Below are positions 11,377-21,236 of a DNA stretch of 64,000 bases, one piece after another. This DNA is from an uncultured Acidobacteriota bacterium (lineage in GTDB: Bacteria > Acidobacteriota > Thermoanaerobaculia > UBA5066 > DATFVB01): positions 215,786 to 279,785 of the forward strand of contig CAWEYG010000005.1 of assembly GCA_963813155.1 (NCBI GenBank), in the 5' to 3' direction. The notes under the pieces are model-generated. The model was not told the origin of the DNA. It saw nothing but the letters and a program-made list of their open reading frames with translations, and searched no databases. The translations under genes were made by a program, and so were the position numbers. Numbering within the stretch: position 1 is the stretch's first letter; each line of letters opens with the position of its first letter.

Positions 11377-13789
11377 CGCAGGTCGGCGAGCGGCATTCGT
11401 CTTCGTCGGCGTCCTCGCCGGCCTTCTCGGCGCCGGGAGCGCGGGAGCCCAGGTCGCCCAGAACTCTTTCGACGCGAGCGATCCATTCGCTTCGCGGTTC
11501 AAGGAAAAATCGCGGTTCGAGATCAAGCTCAAGCCCGTCAAGCCGGGCGGCCCGGTCAAGATTACGGCGCGCCAGGAGAACTGCCACGAGGACCTGAACG
11601 TTTGCGTCGCCGAGGGCGACGTCGTCGTCGAATACCAGGACGTGAGGATCCAGGCCGACAAGGTCACGTTCGACCGGCGCAACAGCCAGGGAGAGGCCGA
11701 AGGGCACGTGGTCATCGACCAGGGGCCGACGCGGATGGCGGGGAGCACCGGGACCTTCGACCTGATCGCGAAAACGGGAACGCTTCACGAAGCGGAAGCG
11801 GACCTGGAGCCGACCTTCCACGTGATCGCGAAGACGATTTCGAAGGTCGGGGAAGACACCTACGACATCGAAGACGGCATCTTCACCGCCTGCGCGGTTC
11901 CGAACCCGGCCTGGTCGTTCGCGATGAAAAAGGCGAGGGTCACGCTTGACGACTACGCGCGGATGAAAGACGTCGCCTTCCGCGCGGGGCGCGTGCCGCT
12001 GCTGTTTTCGCCCTACCTGCTCTGGCCGACGAAAGAAGGGCGGGTCTCGGGATTTCTCGTTCCGGGGCTCGGGTTCAACAGCACGCGCGGAGCGTTTCTC
12101 GGGCTCACGTATTACTGGGTGACGGGGCGCTCGACCGATCTCACTTCGGAGCTCGACCTGTATTCGAAAGGCGTCATCGGGCTCGGCGAGGAATTCCGGT
12201 GGGCGCCCTCGACGGAGTCCGCGGGCGTCTTTCAGGGCTTCGTGATCCGGGACAACCAGGCCGACATCTGCGTCCCCGGAACGTCGGCCGACCCTTCGAA
12301 GTTCTGCATCCAGCCGAACGGGACGTCGGGAATTCTCGAAACGACCGCCCAGACCCAGACGCGGTGGAAGATCCGCCTGGATCACTCCTCGAGCGATCTT
12401 CCGTGGGACATGCGCGGCGTGCTTTCGATCCGCGACTACTCCGACCCGAACTATCTGCAGGATTTCGAGCGGTCGTACGCGCTCAACTCGGCCCGGCAGA
12501 TCGTTTCGACGGGTTTCCTGACGAAAAACTTCGGCGACGATTCGCTGAACCTGCGGCTGGAACGAAGCGAGACCTTCTTTTCGAGCGATGCGCTGCTGGA
12601 GCGCACGCCGTCTCTCGAGTTCTCCCACCGGACCTCGAAGATCGGGGAAACGCCGCTGTACGCGGCGCTCGACGCGTCGTTCTCGCGCCTGTTCGTCAAC
12701 CGCGGGCCGGACGCGCCCCACGGCGGGTACGACCGGGCCGACCTGCATCCGGTCCTTTCGCTGCCGATCAAGAACATCCCCTGGCTTTCGCTCACCGCGC
12801 GGGTCGGCGGCCGCGTGACGGAGTACACCGATTCGGTGACGCCCCTGACCGGAACGGGGCAATCGTTCACGGGCCAGTCGCTTCTCCGGACGTATTCGGA
12901 AGCGAGCGCGTCGCTCGTCGGCCCGTCGTTCTCGCGGATCTACGATTTTTCGCTCGGGCCCTTCGAGCGCTGGAAGCACATCCTCGAGCCGCGCGTCGAC
13001 TACAACTACGTCGCCGACGTGCACTTCTCGCCCGCGCGAGACTGTTCCGACGTTGCATCCGGGTCGGAGTGTCCGCAGAACACGCTTGCGAACGTGCCGT
13101 TGTTCGACGAGATCGACTCCATCTACGGACAGAACTCCGTGACGTACCGGCTCGTAAACCGGCTGCTCGCCAAGGAAGGCGGCGAAAACGCCCCCGCCGC
13201 CCAGGAGATCGCGTCGCTCGACGTCTCGCAGACCTACAACTTCTCGTACCCGCAGACCGCTGTCTCGCCCGGAACGACGATCACGCTGCCCCCGCGGTCG
13301 GGCCCCATCCAGAGCGTTCTGCGGATCGCGCCCGTCCCCGCGTTCCACCTGGATGCGCAGGTCGCGTACGACCAATCGGTCTCGCGCGCGACCTCGTTTT
13401 CCTTTGCGGCGGGCGCGAACTGGAAGAACCAGTACGCGAGCGTTACCTGGACGGCCTCGCGGCCGACGCTGACGACGCCGCCGGGTCCGCCTCCGCCGGT
13501 CGGCTATCCCGTGACGTCGCCGAATTCCGATTTCATCCGGGCTTCCGCGGGCGTCAACCTGTTCACGCCGAAGCTTCGGCTCGACACGATGTTGAACTAC
13601 GACGCCCAGCTCAAGCAGGTGACGGAGGACCGGTCTCTCCTCACGTACAACGGCTCCTGCTACACGATCCTGCTCGAGGTCCGCAACCTCCGCGTGCCCG
13701 TCACGCGGCACGACTACCGCCTCGTCATCAACCTGAAGAACATCGGGACGCTGCTGGATTTGAACGGCGGACTGGACAAGATTTTCTAG
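11366..13789 (+). CDS. lptD: LPS-assembly protein LptD
   Basis: Signal peptide, OstA-like beta-jellyroll ([20 protein letters not shown]), SGFLVPGLG, long beta-barrel C-terminus. Confidence 0.85.
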   Translation: MSPDAGRRAAFVFVGVLAGLLGAGSAGAQVAQNSFDASDPFASRFKEKSRFEIKLKPVKPGGPVKITARQENCHEDLNVCVAEGDVVVEYQDVRIQADKVTFDRRNSQGEAEGHVVIDQGPTRMAGSTGTFDLIAKTGTLHEAEADLEPTFHVIAKTISKVGEDTYDIEDGIFTACAVPNPAWSFAMKKARVTLDDYARMKDVAFRAGRVPLLFSPYLLWPTKEGRVSGFLVPGLGFNSTRGAFLGLTYYWVTGRSTDLTSELDLYSKGVIGLGEEFRWAPSTESAGVFQGFVIRDNQADICVPGTSADPSKFCIQPNGTSGILETTAQTQTRWKIRLDHSSSDLPWDMRGVLSIRDYSDPNYLQDFERSYALNSARQIVSTGFLTKNFGDDSLNLRLERSETFFSSDALLERTPSLEFSHRTSKIGETPLYAALDASFSRLFVNRGPDAPHGGYDRADLHPVLSLPIKNIPWLSLTARVGGRVTEYTDSVTPLTGTGQSFTGQSLLRTYSEASASLVGPSFSRIYDFSLGPFERWKHILEPRVDYNYVADVHFSPARDCSDVASGSECPQNTLANVPLFDEIDSIYGQNSVTYRLVNRLLAKEGGENAPAAQEIASLDVSQTYNFSYPQTAVSPGTTITLPPRSGPIQSVLRIAPVPAFHLDAQVAYDQSVSRATSFSFAAGANWKNQYASVTWTASRPTLTTPPGPPPPVGYPVTSPNSDFIRASAGVNLFTPKLRLDTMLNYDAQLKQVTEDRSLLTYNGSCYTILLEVRNLRVPVTRHDYRLVINLKNIGTLLDLNGGLDKIF

Positions 13790-13814
13790 CTACTCCTGAT
13801 AACATTGCCCGCCG

Positions 13815-14879
13815 ATGAAAGGCCTCATCCTCTCCGGCGGAAAGGGCACGCGCCTGCGGCCGCTGACGCACACCTCCGCGAAGCAGCTCGTGCCGGTCGC
13901 GAACAAGCCCGTTCTTTTCTACGCGATCGAGGCGATCGTCGCGGCCGGAATCCGCGAGATCGGGATCGTCGTCGGCGACACGCGCGAAGAGGTCAAGGCC
14001 GCCGTCGGCGACGGCTCCCGGTTCGGCGCGAAGATCCGCTACATCGAGCAGGACGCGCCGCGCGGACTCGCGCACGCGGTGCTGATCTCGGAGGATTTCC
14101 TTCGCGGCGAGCCGTTCGTCATGTATCTCGGCGACAACCTCATCGCGAGCGGCATCACCTCGCTCGTCGACGAATTTCAGCGGCTGAAGTGCAACTCCCA
14201 GATTCTCCTTGCGAAAGTTCCGAATCCGTCGTCGTTCGGGGTCGCCGAGCTGTCGGACGGCAAGATCGTGCGCCTCGTCGAGAAGCCGGAGCACCCGAAG
14301 TCGGACCTCGCTCTCGTGGGCGTGTACATGTTCGACGATTCGATCTTCGAGGCCGTCCACGCGATCCGCCCCTCGCCCCGCAACGAGCTGGAAATCACCG
14401 ATGCCATCCAATGGCTCGTCGATCACGGCCGCTCGGTGCATCCGCACCTGGTGACCGGCTGGTGGAAGGACACGGGCAAGGTCGAGGACATGCTGGAGGC
14501 CAACCGGATCATCCTCGACACGGTCCAGGCGACCGTTCCGGCGGCGCTCGGCCCGGGGTCCCGGCTGGAGGGGAAAGTCGTGCTCGAAGAAGGCGCCACG
14601 CTTCACAATGCGATCGTTCGCGGCCCCGCCGTCATCGGCAAGGGTGCCGTGATCGAGAACGCGTTCGTCGGTCCCTACACGGCGATCGGCGCCGGTTGCC
14701 GCATCGTGAACTGCGAGATCGAGAATTCGATCGTCTGGGAGGGCTCGGAGATCCGGGACATTCCGGTGCGGATTGCGGACTCGCTGATCGGGCGCGGCGT
14801 CAAGATTCATCGCGGCGAGATCCGCCCCAAGGTCCACCGGTTCCTCGTGGGGGACAACTCGGAAATCGGGATCGTATGA
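13815..14879 (+). CDS. rfbA: Glucose-1-phosphate thymidylyltransferase (long form)
   Basis: GGKGTRLRPLT, KQLVPVANKP, C-terminal hexapeptide repeats. Confidence 0.93.
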   Translation: MKGLILSGGKGTRLRPLTHTSAKQLVPVANKPVLFYAIEAIVAAGIREIGIVVGDTREEVKAAVGDGSRFGAKIRYIEQDAPRGLAHAVLISEDFLRGEPFVMYLGDNLIASGITSLVDEFQRLKCNSQILLAKVPNPSSFGVAELSDGKIVRLVEKPEHPKSDLALVGVYMFDDSIFEAVHAIRPSPRNELEITDAIQWLVDHGRSVHPHLVTGWWKDTGKVEDMLEANRIILDTVQATVPAALGPGSRLEGKVVLEEGATLHNAIVRGPAVIGKGAVIENAFVGPYTAIGAGCRIVNCEIENSIVWEGSEIRDIPVRIADSLIGRGVKIHRGEIRPKVHRFLVGDNSEIGIV

Positions 14880-15889
14880 AGATCCTCGTTACCGGCGGCT
14901 GCGGCTTCATCGGCAGCGCGTTCATCCGCAACCTCCTCGGGGGCCGCTCCGGGGTTTCCGTCGTCAACCTCGACAAGCTGACCTACGCCGGCAACCCGCG
15001 AAACGTCGCGGCGGTCGCCGATTCGCCTTCGTACCGTTTCGTGCTCGGCGACATCTGCGATCCGGCCGCCGTGGCCGACGCGATGGCGGGATGCGACGTC
15101 GTCGTGAATTTCGCGGCGGAGACGCACGTCGACCGGTCGCTGCTGGGAGACGCGTCGTTCATCGACACGGACGTCAAGGGCGTCTTCGTGCTGCTCGAAG
15201 AGGCGAAGCGAATCGGCGTGAAGAAGTTCGTCCAGATCTCGACCGACGAAGTGTACGGGTCGATCGAGTCCGGGAGTTTCACCGAGGATTCGAAGCTGAC
15301 GCCCCGAAATCCGTATTCGGCCTCCAAGGCCGGGGGCGACCGGATCGCGTACTCGTACTGGGCCTCCTACAAGGTGCCGGTCGTCATCACGCGGGCGTCG
15401 AACAACTATGGCCCCTACCAGTACCCCGAGAAACTCATTCCCCTCTTCGTGACGAACGCGCTCGACGATCTCCCCGTCCCTCTTTACGGCGACGGGAAAA
15501 ACGTGCGCGACTGGCTCCACGTCGACGACCACGCGGCCGCCGTCGAGTTCCTGATCGAGCGGGGCGAGCCGGGCGAGGTCTACAACGTCGCGGGCGGAAA
15601 CGAGACGGAAAACATCGAGATCACGAAGAGGATCCTGAAGATCCTCGGAAAGCCGGAAAGCCTGATCCGGCCGGTCGTCGACCGGTCCGGCCACGACCGC
15701 CGCTACTCGCTCGACGCGGGCAAGCTCGCGCGGCTCGGCTTTTCGCCGAAGCGCCGCTTCGACGAGGCGATCGAGTCCACCGTGTCCTGGTACGTCGATC
15801 ATCCCGAGTGGTGGAGGCCGATCAAGGACCACGACCCGCACTACCGCGATTACTACAAGACGCAGTATTCCGAACGCCTGCGCTCGTGA
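14876..15889 (+). CDS. rfbB: dTDP-glucose 4,6-dehydratase
   Basis: GGCGFIG, DKLTYAGN, AAETHVDRS, STDEVYG, YSASK. Confidence 0.95.
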   Translation: MKILVTGGCGFIGSAFIRNLLGGRSGVSVVNLDKLTYAGNPRNVAAVADSPSYRFVLGDICDPAAVADAMAGCDVVVNFAAETHVDRSLLGDASFIDTDVKGVFVLLEEAKRIGVKKFVQISTDEVYGSIESGSFTEDSKLTPRNPYSASKAGGDRIAYSYWASYKVPVVITRASNNYGPYQYPEKLIPLFVTNALDDLPVPLYGDGKNVRDWLHVDDHAAAVEFLIERGEPGEVYNVAGGNETENIEITKRILKILGKPESLIRPVVDRSGHDRRYSLDAGKLARLGFSPKRRFDEAIESTVSWYVDHPEWWRPIKDHDPHYRDYYKTQYSERLRS

Positions 15890-16737
15890 AGCCTCGGATC
15901 CTCGTCACCGGCGGCGGGGGAATGCTCGCGCTCGACCTGAAGCCGCGGCTCGAGGCCGCGGGCTACGAAGTCGTCTCGCCGAAAAAGGCGCAGCTCGACA
16001 TCACGCAGGCCGGCCACGTTTCCGCGATCCTCGCGACGCTCAAACCGCAGGCGGTTTTCAATTGCGCGGCGTTCACGAAGGTCGACCTCTGCGAAACCGA
16101 CCCGCTTGCGGAAACCGTCAACGACGCGGCGGTCGGAAATCTCGCGGAGGCGTGCCGTGCCGCCGGCGTCCGGCTCGTGCAGGTTTCGACGGACTTCGTT
16201 TTCGACGGGGAGAAACGGGAGCCGTACCGCGAAGAGGACGAACCCGCGCCCCTTTCGGCGTACGGCCGGACGAAACGCGGCGGAGAGCTCCGGGCCCTGT
16301 CGCTGCCGGGCACTCTCGTCGTGCGCGGCTCGTGGCTGTTCGGAAACCGCGGCCCGAACTTCGTCGAGGCGATCCTGAAACAGGCGGAAGCGGGTAAACC
16401 AAATGTTCGGGTCGTGACCGACCAGGTCGGCCGCCCGACGGCGACGACGGATCTCGCGGAGGCGCTCGTCGAGCTGTACCGGATCGGGACTGAGGGGATT
16501 GTTCACTTCGCCAACTCCGGCGAGGTCACGTGGAACGAATTCGCGAGAGAGATCCTGCGGCAGGCGGGCCATTCCGGCGTCGAAGTCGTTCCGATCACCT
16601 CCGAGGAGCTGAACCGCCCCGCCCGCCGCCCCGCGTATTCCGTTCTTTCGACCGAGAAATACGAGAAGTTGACGGGCAACCAGCCGCGCGACTTCCGCGA
16701 ACCGCTCGCGGAGTACCTGGACCGTCGGAAGAAATAG
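15886..16737 (+). CDS. rfbD: dTDP-4-dehydrorhamnose reductase
   Basis: GGGGMLA, STDFVFDG, YGRTK, DQVGRPT, ARRPAYSVL. Confidence 0.93.
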   Translation: MKPRILVTGGGGMLALDLKPRLEAAGYEVVSPKKAQLDITQAGHVSAILATLKPQAVFNCAAFTKVDLCETDPLAETVNDAAVGNLAEACRAAGVRLVQVSTDFVFDGEKREPYREEDEPAPLSAYGRTKRGGELRALSLPGTLVVRGSWLFGNRGPNFVEAILKQAEAGKPNVRVVTDQVGRPTATTDLAEALVELYRIGTEGIVHFANSGEVTWNEFAREILRQAGHSGVEVVPITSEELNRPARRPAYSVLSTEKYEKLTGNQPRDFREPLAEYLDRRKK

Positions 16738-16942
16738 CTCGCTTGCCGTCGTTCGCGGCTTGGCCCCAGCGCCGGCTCGGCGAGCGGGTCCTGTCGCGGC
16801 ACTCGACCCACTTTTCCGCTCGCTGCGGGTATTAGGACTTTGCTACGACTCCGCGCCGCGAGCGGCAAAAGGGGTCTCGCGCCCCGCCACCCGCTCTCTT
16901 CTTTGCGCCTGCGCGTTGGCCCGGCCGCGCCAGGGCTTCGCT
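16735..16942. repeat. Structured intergenic repeat, copy 1 (REP/MITE-like)
   Basis: Shares TAGCTCGCT..TTCGCGGCT..GCCCCAGCGCC.GCTCGGC and GCCTGCGC..GTTG.CCCGGCCGC..GGGC.TTCGCT with 30852-30994; long internal hairpin. Confidence 0.75.
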
Positions 16943-16946
16943 TCGG

Positions 16947-17856
16947 TTACGGCCGCGCCTGCGCGAGCGGGTAGCTGCGCTCCATGCCCTTCCGTCACGC
17001 CGATCGGGTCGTAGCCAAGGTCGCGGCGGGCTTCGGAATTGTCGGGCGCGGCGTCCTGCTCGATGCGGCTGATCGCGTAGCGCGTCAGCGGCGGGTTCTT
17101 CATCGTTTTTTCCAGGACGAAAGCCGCCGCGCGGCAGATCGGGAGCGGAATGTGGACGAACGGCTTGGACACTCCCTGGTGGCGGAGCATCAGCTTCGCG
17201 AGGTCGCGGATCGAGATCTCCTCTCCGCCGCTGAAGTTGTAAATCTTGCCGTGGCTCTTCGGGTTGTTCGCGATCGCGAGAAGGCCGCGTCCGATGTCTT
17301 CGACGAAAACGGGGTTTTTCTTCGCGAGGCCCCGTCCAACGAAAGGAACGACCGGGTATTTCAGGAGCGATTCGAGAAATCCCATGAATTCCAACCCGCC
17401 ACCGTTTTCGTACGCGAGCGTCGGACGCACGATCGTCCACGCCATCGGGCTCGCGGCGCGGACGATCTCCTCCGCGTCCGCCTTGGAGCGGGCGTATTCG
17501 GAAATCGGGTCGATCGCGGAAGTCGAGGAGATGAACACGAAGTGCTTCGCGCCGGCGCGCCGCGCCGCCTCGACGACGTTCCTCGTTCCCTCCGTGTTGA
17601 CGCGCCGGAAAATCGACGGATCGCTCGACAGGATCACGCCCGCCAGGTGAAATACCGTCTCGACTCCTTCGAAGAGTCCGGCGAGAGTCTCGGCCCACGC
17701 GATGTCGCCGAAGACGATTTCGGCGTTCACGCCTTTCAGCCGCGCCGCGTTCGGGTCGCCGGGCAGCGTCAGGGCCCGCACGCGGTGGCCGGCCGCGGCG
17801 AGGTCTTTGACGAACCGCGCGCCCATCACTCCCGCGCCCCCCGTGACGAAGATCAA
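16947..17856 (-). CDS. NAD-dependent epimerase/dehydratase (SDR)
   Basis: TGGAGVMG, YARSK; removing one G near 16988 gives ...GVTEGMERSYPLAQARP* with TAA at 16947. Confidence 0.85.
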
Positions 17857-18596
17857 GCTTCGCCCCCGACGAGCGTCCCATAGTAGCCGCGCCGGTAGCG
17901 TCGAACGACGGCGAGCACGTCGAGGCCGTAGGAAACCGGCTTCAGGTGCGAGACCTCGTCCGCGTATCGAGTGGGAATCGCGATCTCCGCGATCCGCAGG
18001 CCGAGGATTCGCGCGCACACGAGCATTTCGAGATCGAAGTCGAAGGAGTCGGACAACCGGGCGAACGGAATCGACTCGAGCGACTTCCGCGAGTAGAGCA
18101 TGTAGCCGCTGTGGAACTCCGCCAGGCGCATGCCGAAAGCCCGGTTCTCGACGGCCGTCAGGAGGCGGTTCGCCGCGTACTTGTAGAAGGGCATTCCGCC
18201 GGCGAGCGCTCCGCCTCCGAGCATTCGCGAGCCCTGCACCAGGTCGGCTTCGCCGCGGCGCAGGGGCGCGGACAGTTCCGGGAGCTTTTCGGGGGCGTAT
18301 TGCCCGTCCGCATGGACGATCGCGGCGATGTCCACCCCGGTCTCGAGGGCGTGGGCCAGGAGCGTCTTGACCGCGCCGCCGTACCCGCGGTTTTTCGGAT
18401 GCCGAAGGATCACGAGCGTCGGCAGCTCGGATCGGAGACGTTCGAGAACCTGCGCGGTGTCGTCCGAGCTGCCGTCGTCCACGGCCGCGTAGTGCATCTC
18501 CAGGCCGGGGGAATCCCGGGGAATTCGGCCGACGAGCCGCTCCAGCGTGAGCGCCGCGTTGTAGGCCGGAATCGCGATCAGAAGAGAATCAGGCAT
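17853..18596 (-). CDS. GT2 polyprenol-phosphate glycosyltransferase (DPM1-like)
   Basis: IPAYN, VDDGSSD, NRGYGGA, HADGQY, GSR, FDFDLEML. Confidence 0.9.
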   Translation of the reverse strand: MPDSLLIAIPAYNAALTLERLVGRIPRDSPGLEMHYAAVDDGSSDDTAQVLERLRSELPTLVILRHPKNRGYGGAVKTLLAHALETGVDIAAIVHADGQYAPEKLPELSAPLRRGEADLVQGSRMLGGGALAGGMPFYKYAANRLLTAVENRAFGMRLAEFHSGYMLYSRKSLESIPFARLSDSFDFDLEMLVCARILGLRIAEIAIPTRYADEVSHLKPVSYGLDVLAVVRRYRRGYYGTLVGGEA

Positions 18597-19707
18597 CCGA
18601 TCGGGTGCGGCCGGGCAACGAAGGGGAGGTCCCGGCCGGCTGCCGGGCCGCTTCGCGGCGGGCGTTCACGTAGTACTGCATGGTGGGAACCAGCATTTCG
18701 GACAGCCCGGTTTTCGGCTGCCATCCCAGAAGGCGCTGGGCCTTGCCGATGTCGGGGATGCGGCGGTCCGAATCCTCGTATCCATCCCCGTAAAACTCCT
18801 TCGCGGAGACCTCGACGATTTCCGGCAGGGAGGCGTCCGGGGCGAAGTGGCGCGCGTACAGCTCCCTCATCAACTCGGCCAGCCGGCGAATCGAGACTTC
18901 GTTGTCCGGTGAACCGATGTTGAAGATCTCGCGGTCACATCCTCCCCCCGGGTTTTCCACGATCCGCGCGACGCAATCGACCGCGTCCTTGATGTAGGTG
19001 TAGCAGCGGCGCTGGGCGCCGCCGTCGACGAGCTTCATCGGAGTGCCTTCGAGCAGCGCTTCCATGAAATACGAGAAGACGCGCGGCACGCCGTCGGTGT
19101 CGCCCGGCAGGTAGTCGATCTTCGGGCCGATGAAGTTGAACGGCCGAATGATCGTGTAGTTGAGGCGCCCTTCCAGCCCGTAGGCGTGGATCACGCGCTC
19201 CAGGAGCTGCTTTGCGCAGGCGTAGATCCATCGGTGCCGGCCGACGGGCCCCATGATGAGGTCGGTGCGGTCCTCCGCAAAGGTCGCGTAGGCGGGGTTT
19301 TCCGGGTCCGCGATCAACTCTCCCAGCACGGCCACGGGCGTTTTGCCGTAGACCTCGCAGGAAGAAAACTGGATGAGCCGCCGATTCTTGCGAATGCACG
19401 ACTCGGCGATCCGAAGATTCTCCTGGAAGTTGAGCCGGAAGACCTCGAGCGGGCTTCGGACGTAGATCCCCGGGTTCGCGTGCGCGACAAGATCGACGAC
19501 CACGTCCGCCGCGGCGACCGCGCCGTCGAGGTCGAACGTCCGGTCGGTCACGTCCCTTTCGACGAACGTCAGGCGCGGGTGGTTGAGCAAATCCGCGATT
19601 TTGTCCGTGTGCACGTCGATTCCGGTCACGTCGTGCCCGTTTTCGAGCAGACGTTCCGCGAGATGCGCTCCGATGAAACCCCCCGCCCCCAGACTCAGCA
19701 CCTTCAC
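18589..19707 (-). CDS. UDP-glucuronate decarboxylase, UDP-apiose/UDP-xylose synthase (UAS/AXS)-like
   Basis: GAGGFIG, FSSCEVYGKT, WIYACAKQL, RPFNFIGP, GVPRV, KLVDGG, EFYGDGYEDSDRRIPD. Confidence 0.8.
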   Translation of the reverse strand: MKVLSLGAGGFIGAHLAERLLENGHDVTGIDVHTDKIADLLNHPRLTFVERDVTDRTFDLDGAVAAADVVVDLVAHANPGIYVRSPLEVFRLNFQENLRIAESCIRKNRRLIQFSSCEVYGKTPVAVLGELIADPENPAYATFAEDRTDLIMGPVGRHRWIYACAKQLLERVIHAYGLEGRLNYTIIRPFNFIGPKIDYLPGDTDGVPRVFSYFMEALLEGTPMKLVDGGAQRRCYTYIKDAVDCVARIVENPGGGCDREIFNIGSPDNEVSIRRLAELMRELYARHFAPDASLPEIVEVSAKEFYGDGYEDSDRRIPDIGKAQRLLGWQPKTGLSEMLVPTMQYYVNARREAARQPAGTSPSLPGRTRSDA

Positions 19708-19856
19708 GATTCCCCCTCCTGTGCGCGCCCCGGCGAATTCCGGCCTACGCCGGCTCGATTCCCTGGTTCCGCGGCAGATAAATGTCCGTTTATCTTATCC
19801 TCGCCGGGGGTCGGCCGGAAAGCGGGAAATCGCGAAGATGTTAGATTCCCGGCGGG

Positions 19857-21236
19857 ATGGCCCCGAAACCGCGAATTCCGGCCCACGATGGGAAGCGAAA
19901 GGCGCTCCACGCGGGGATGGGGCTGTTCGCGGTCGCGCTGCGCTTCCTCTCCTGGCCGGCCGCGGCCGTGCTTGCCGCTGCCGCGCTGGTCTTCAACGTC
20001 CTGGTCATGCCCCGGTTCGGGCGGGGGGTCTACCGGGACGCGGGCAAGCGGCACGATCCCGGGATCGTCGCCTACCCGGCCGTCGTGCTCGCCGTGGTCC
20101 TGCTCTTTCGGCACGATCTGGAGGTCGCGGCGGCGATCTGGGGAATGATGGCGCTGGGCGACCCGCTGGCCTCCGTTGCCGGGAAGAAGATCGGCGGACC
20201 AGCCCTTCCGTGGAACCCCGGGAAGACCTGGTCCGGCTCGATCGCCTACGCGGCGCTGGGTGGCCTGGCGGGCTCGCTTCTGTACGGGTTCGTCGGGCGC
20301 ATTCCGTTCAGCGCCGCGTTTTCCGCCTTCGCCGTCTTTGCGGTGCTCGGAGCTTTCCTCGAGTCGATCGAGACGGGATTCGACGACAATCTGACGCCGG
20401 GCCTCGGCGTTGCGTTCGCCTACGGGACTTTTCACCTCGGGGTGTTCGTCTGCGGAGGGTTCTCCCTTTCCGGCGTCGCTCCCGTTTCTCTTCCCGTCGC
20501 TTTCGCCGTCAACACGGCGATCGCCGGCCTCGCGACCGCCCTCCGGGTCGTTTCGCTCTCGGGGGGAATCGCGGGAGCGATCGCGGGTCTCGTCGTTCTT
20601 CGCTTCGGGGGATGGGGAGCCTACGCGGTCCTCTGGGCCTTCTTTCTCTTCGGGACCGTCGCCTCGAAGCTCGGATATTCGCGCAAGGAGCGACTCGGCA
20701 CCGCCCAGGCGAACCGGGCTCGCCGCGGCGCGCGCCACGTGGCGGCGAACGTCGGAGTCGGGGCATGGCTCGCCTTCGCGGCGGGCTCTCGAGCGGCGGC
20801 GGCGCCGATCCTGGCTCTCGCGATTTCCGGGGCCTTTGCGGCGGCGCTTGCCGACACGTTCGGCACGGAGCTCGGGACGCTCTACGGGCGGGCCCCGTTC
20901 CTGATTTCGCGAGGACGGTCCGTCGCGCCCGGCACCCGGGGGGCGGTCTCTCTGGCGGGGCTTCTCGGAGGTCTTCTCGGAGCGGCCCTCATCGGCACCG
21001 TCGGGGCGGCCGCCGGCCTCTACGCCGCCCGTCTCGTCTGGATCGTCGTCCTGGCGGGGATGCTCGGATCGGTCGGGGAGAGTCTCCTGATCGACCTCTC
21101 GGCCCGGAGCGGGATTTCTGCCGACCACGAGTTCTGCAACGCGTTCAACACTCTCGTGGGGGCGGCAGCCGCGGTCGAGATCGCGGCTTCCCTCGCGCTC
21201 GGCCGCGCGTATCTTCCGTTTTCGGGGCTCGCGTGA
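19857..21236 (+). CDS. Fusion of a phytol/dolichol-kinase-like domain and DUF92 (VTE5-VTE6-like)
   Basis: N-half: RKALH, GDPLASVAGKKIG, NPGKTWSGS, DDNL. C-half: RGARHVAAN, ADTFGTELG, PGTRGAVSLAG, N.FNT. Confidence 0.85.
   Translation: MAPKPRIPAHDGKRKALHAGMGLFAVALRFLSWPAAAVLAAAALVFNVLVMPRFGRGVYRDAGKRHDPGIVAYPAVVLAVVLLFRHDLEVAAAIWGMMALGDPLASVAGKKIGGPALPWNPGKTWSGSIAYAALGGLAGSLLYGFVGRIPFSAAFSAFAVFAVLGAFLESIETGFDDNLTPGLGVAFAYGTFHLGVFVCGGFSLSGVAPVSLPVAFAVNTAIAGLATALRVVSLSGGIAGAIAGLVVLRFGGWGAYAVLWAFFLFGTVASKLGYSRKERLGTAQANRARRGARHVAANVGVGAWLAFAAGSRAAAAPILALAISGAFAAALADTFGTELGTLYGRAPFLISRGRSVAPGTRGAVSLAGLLGGLLGAALIGTVGAAAGLYAARLVWIVVLAGMLGSVGESLLIDLSARSGISADHEFCNAFNTLVGAAAAVEIAASLALGRAYLPFSGLA

Noticed and set aside
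13815-16737. Missing rmlC as a sign of a new sugar pathway
   Set aside because: rmlC is often encoded elsewhere; this cannot be judged from one window.
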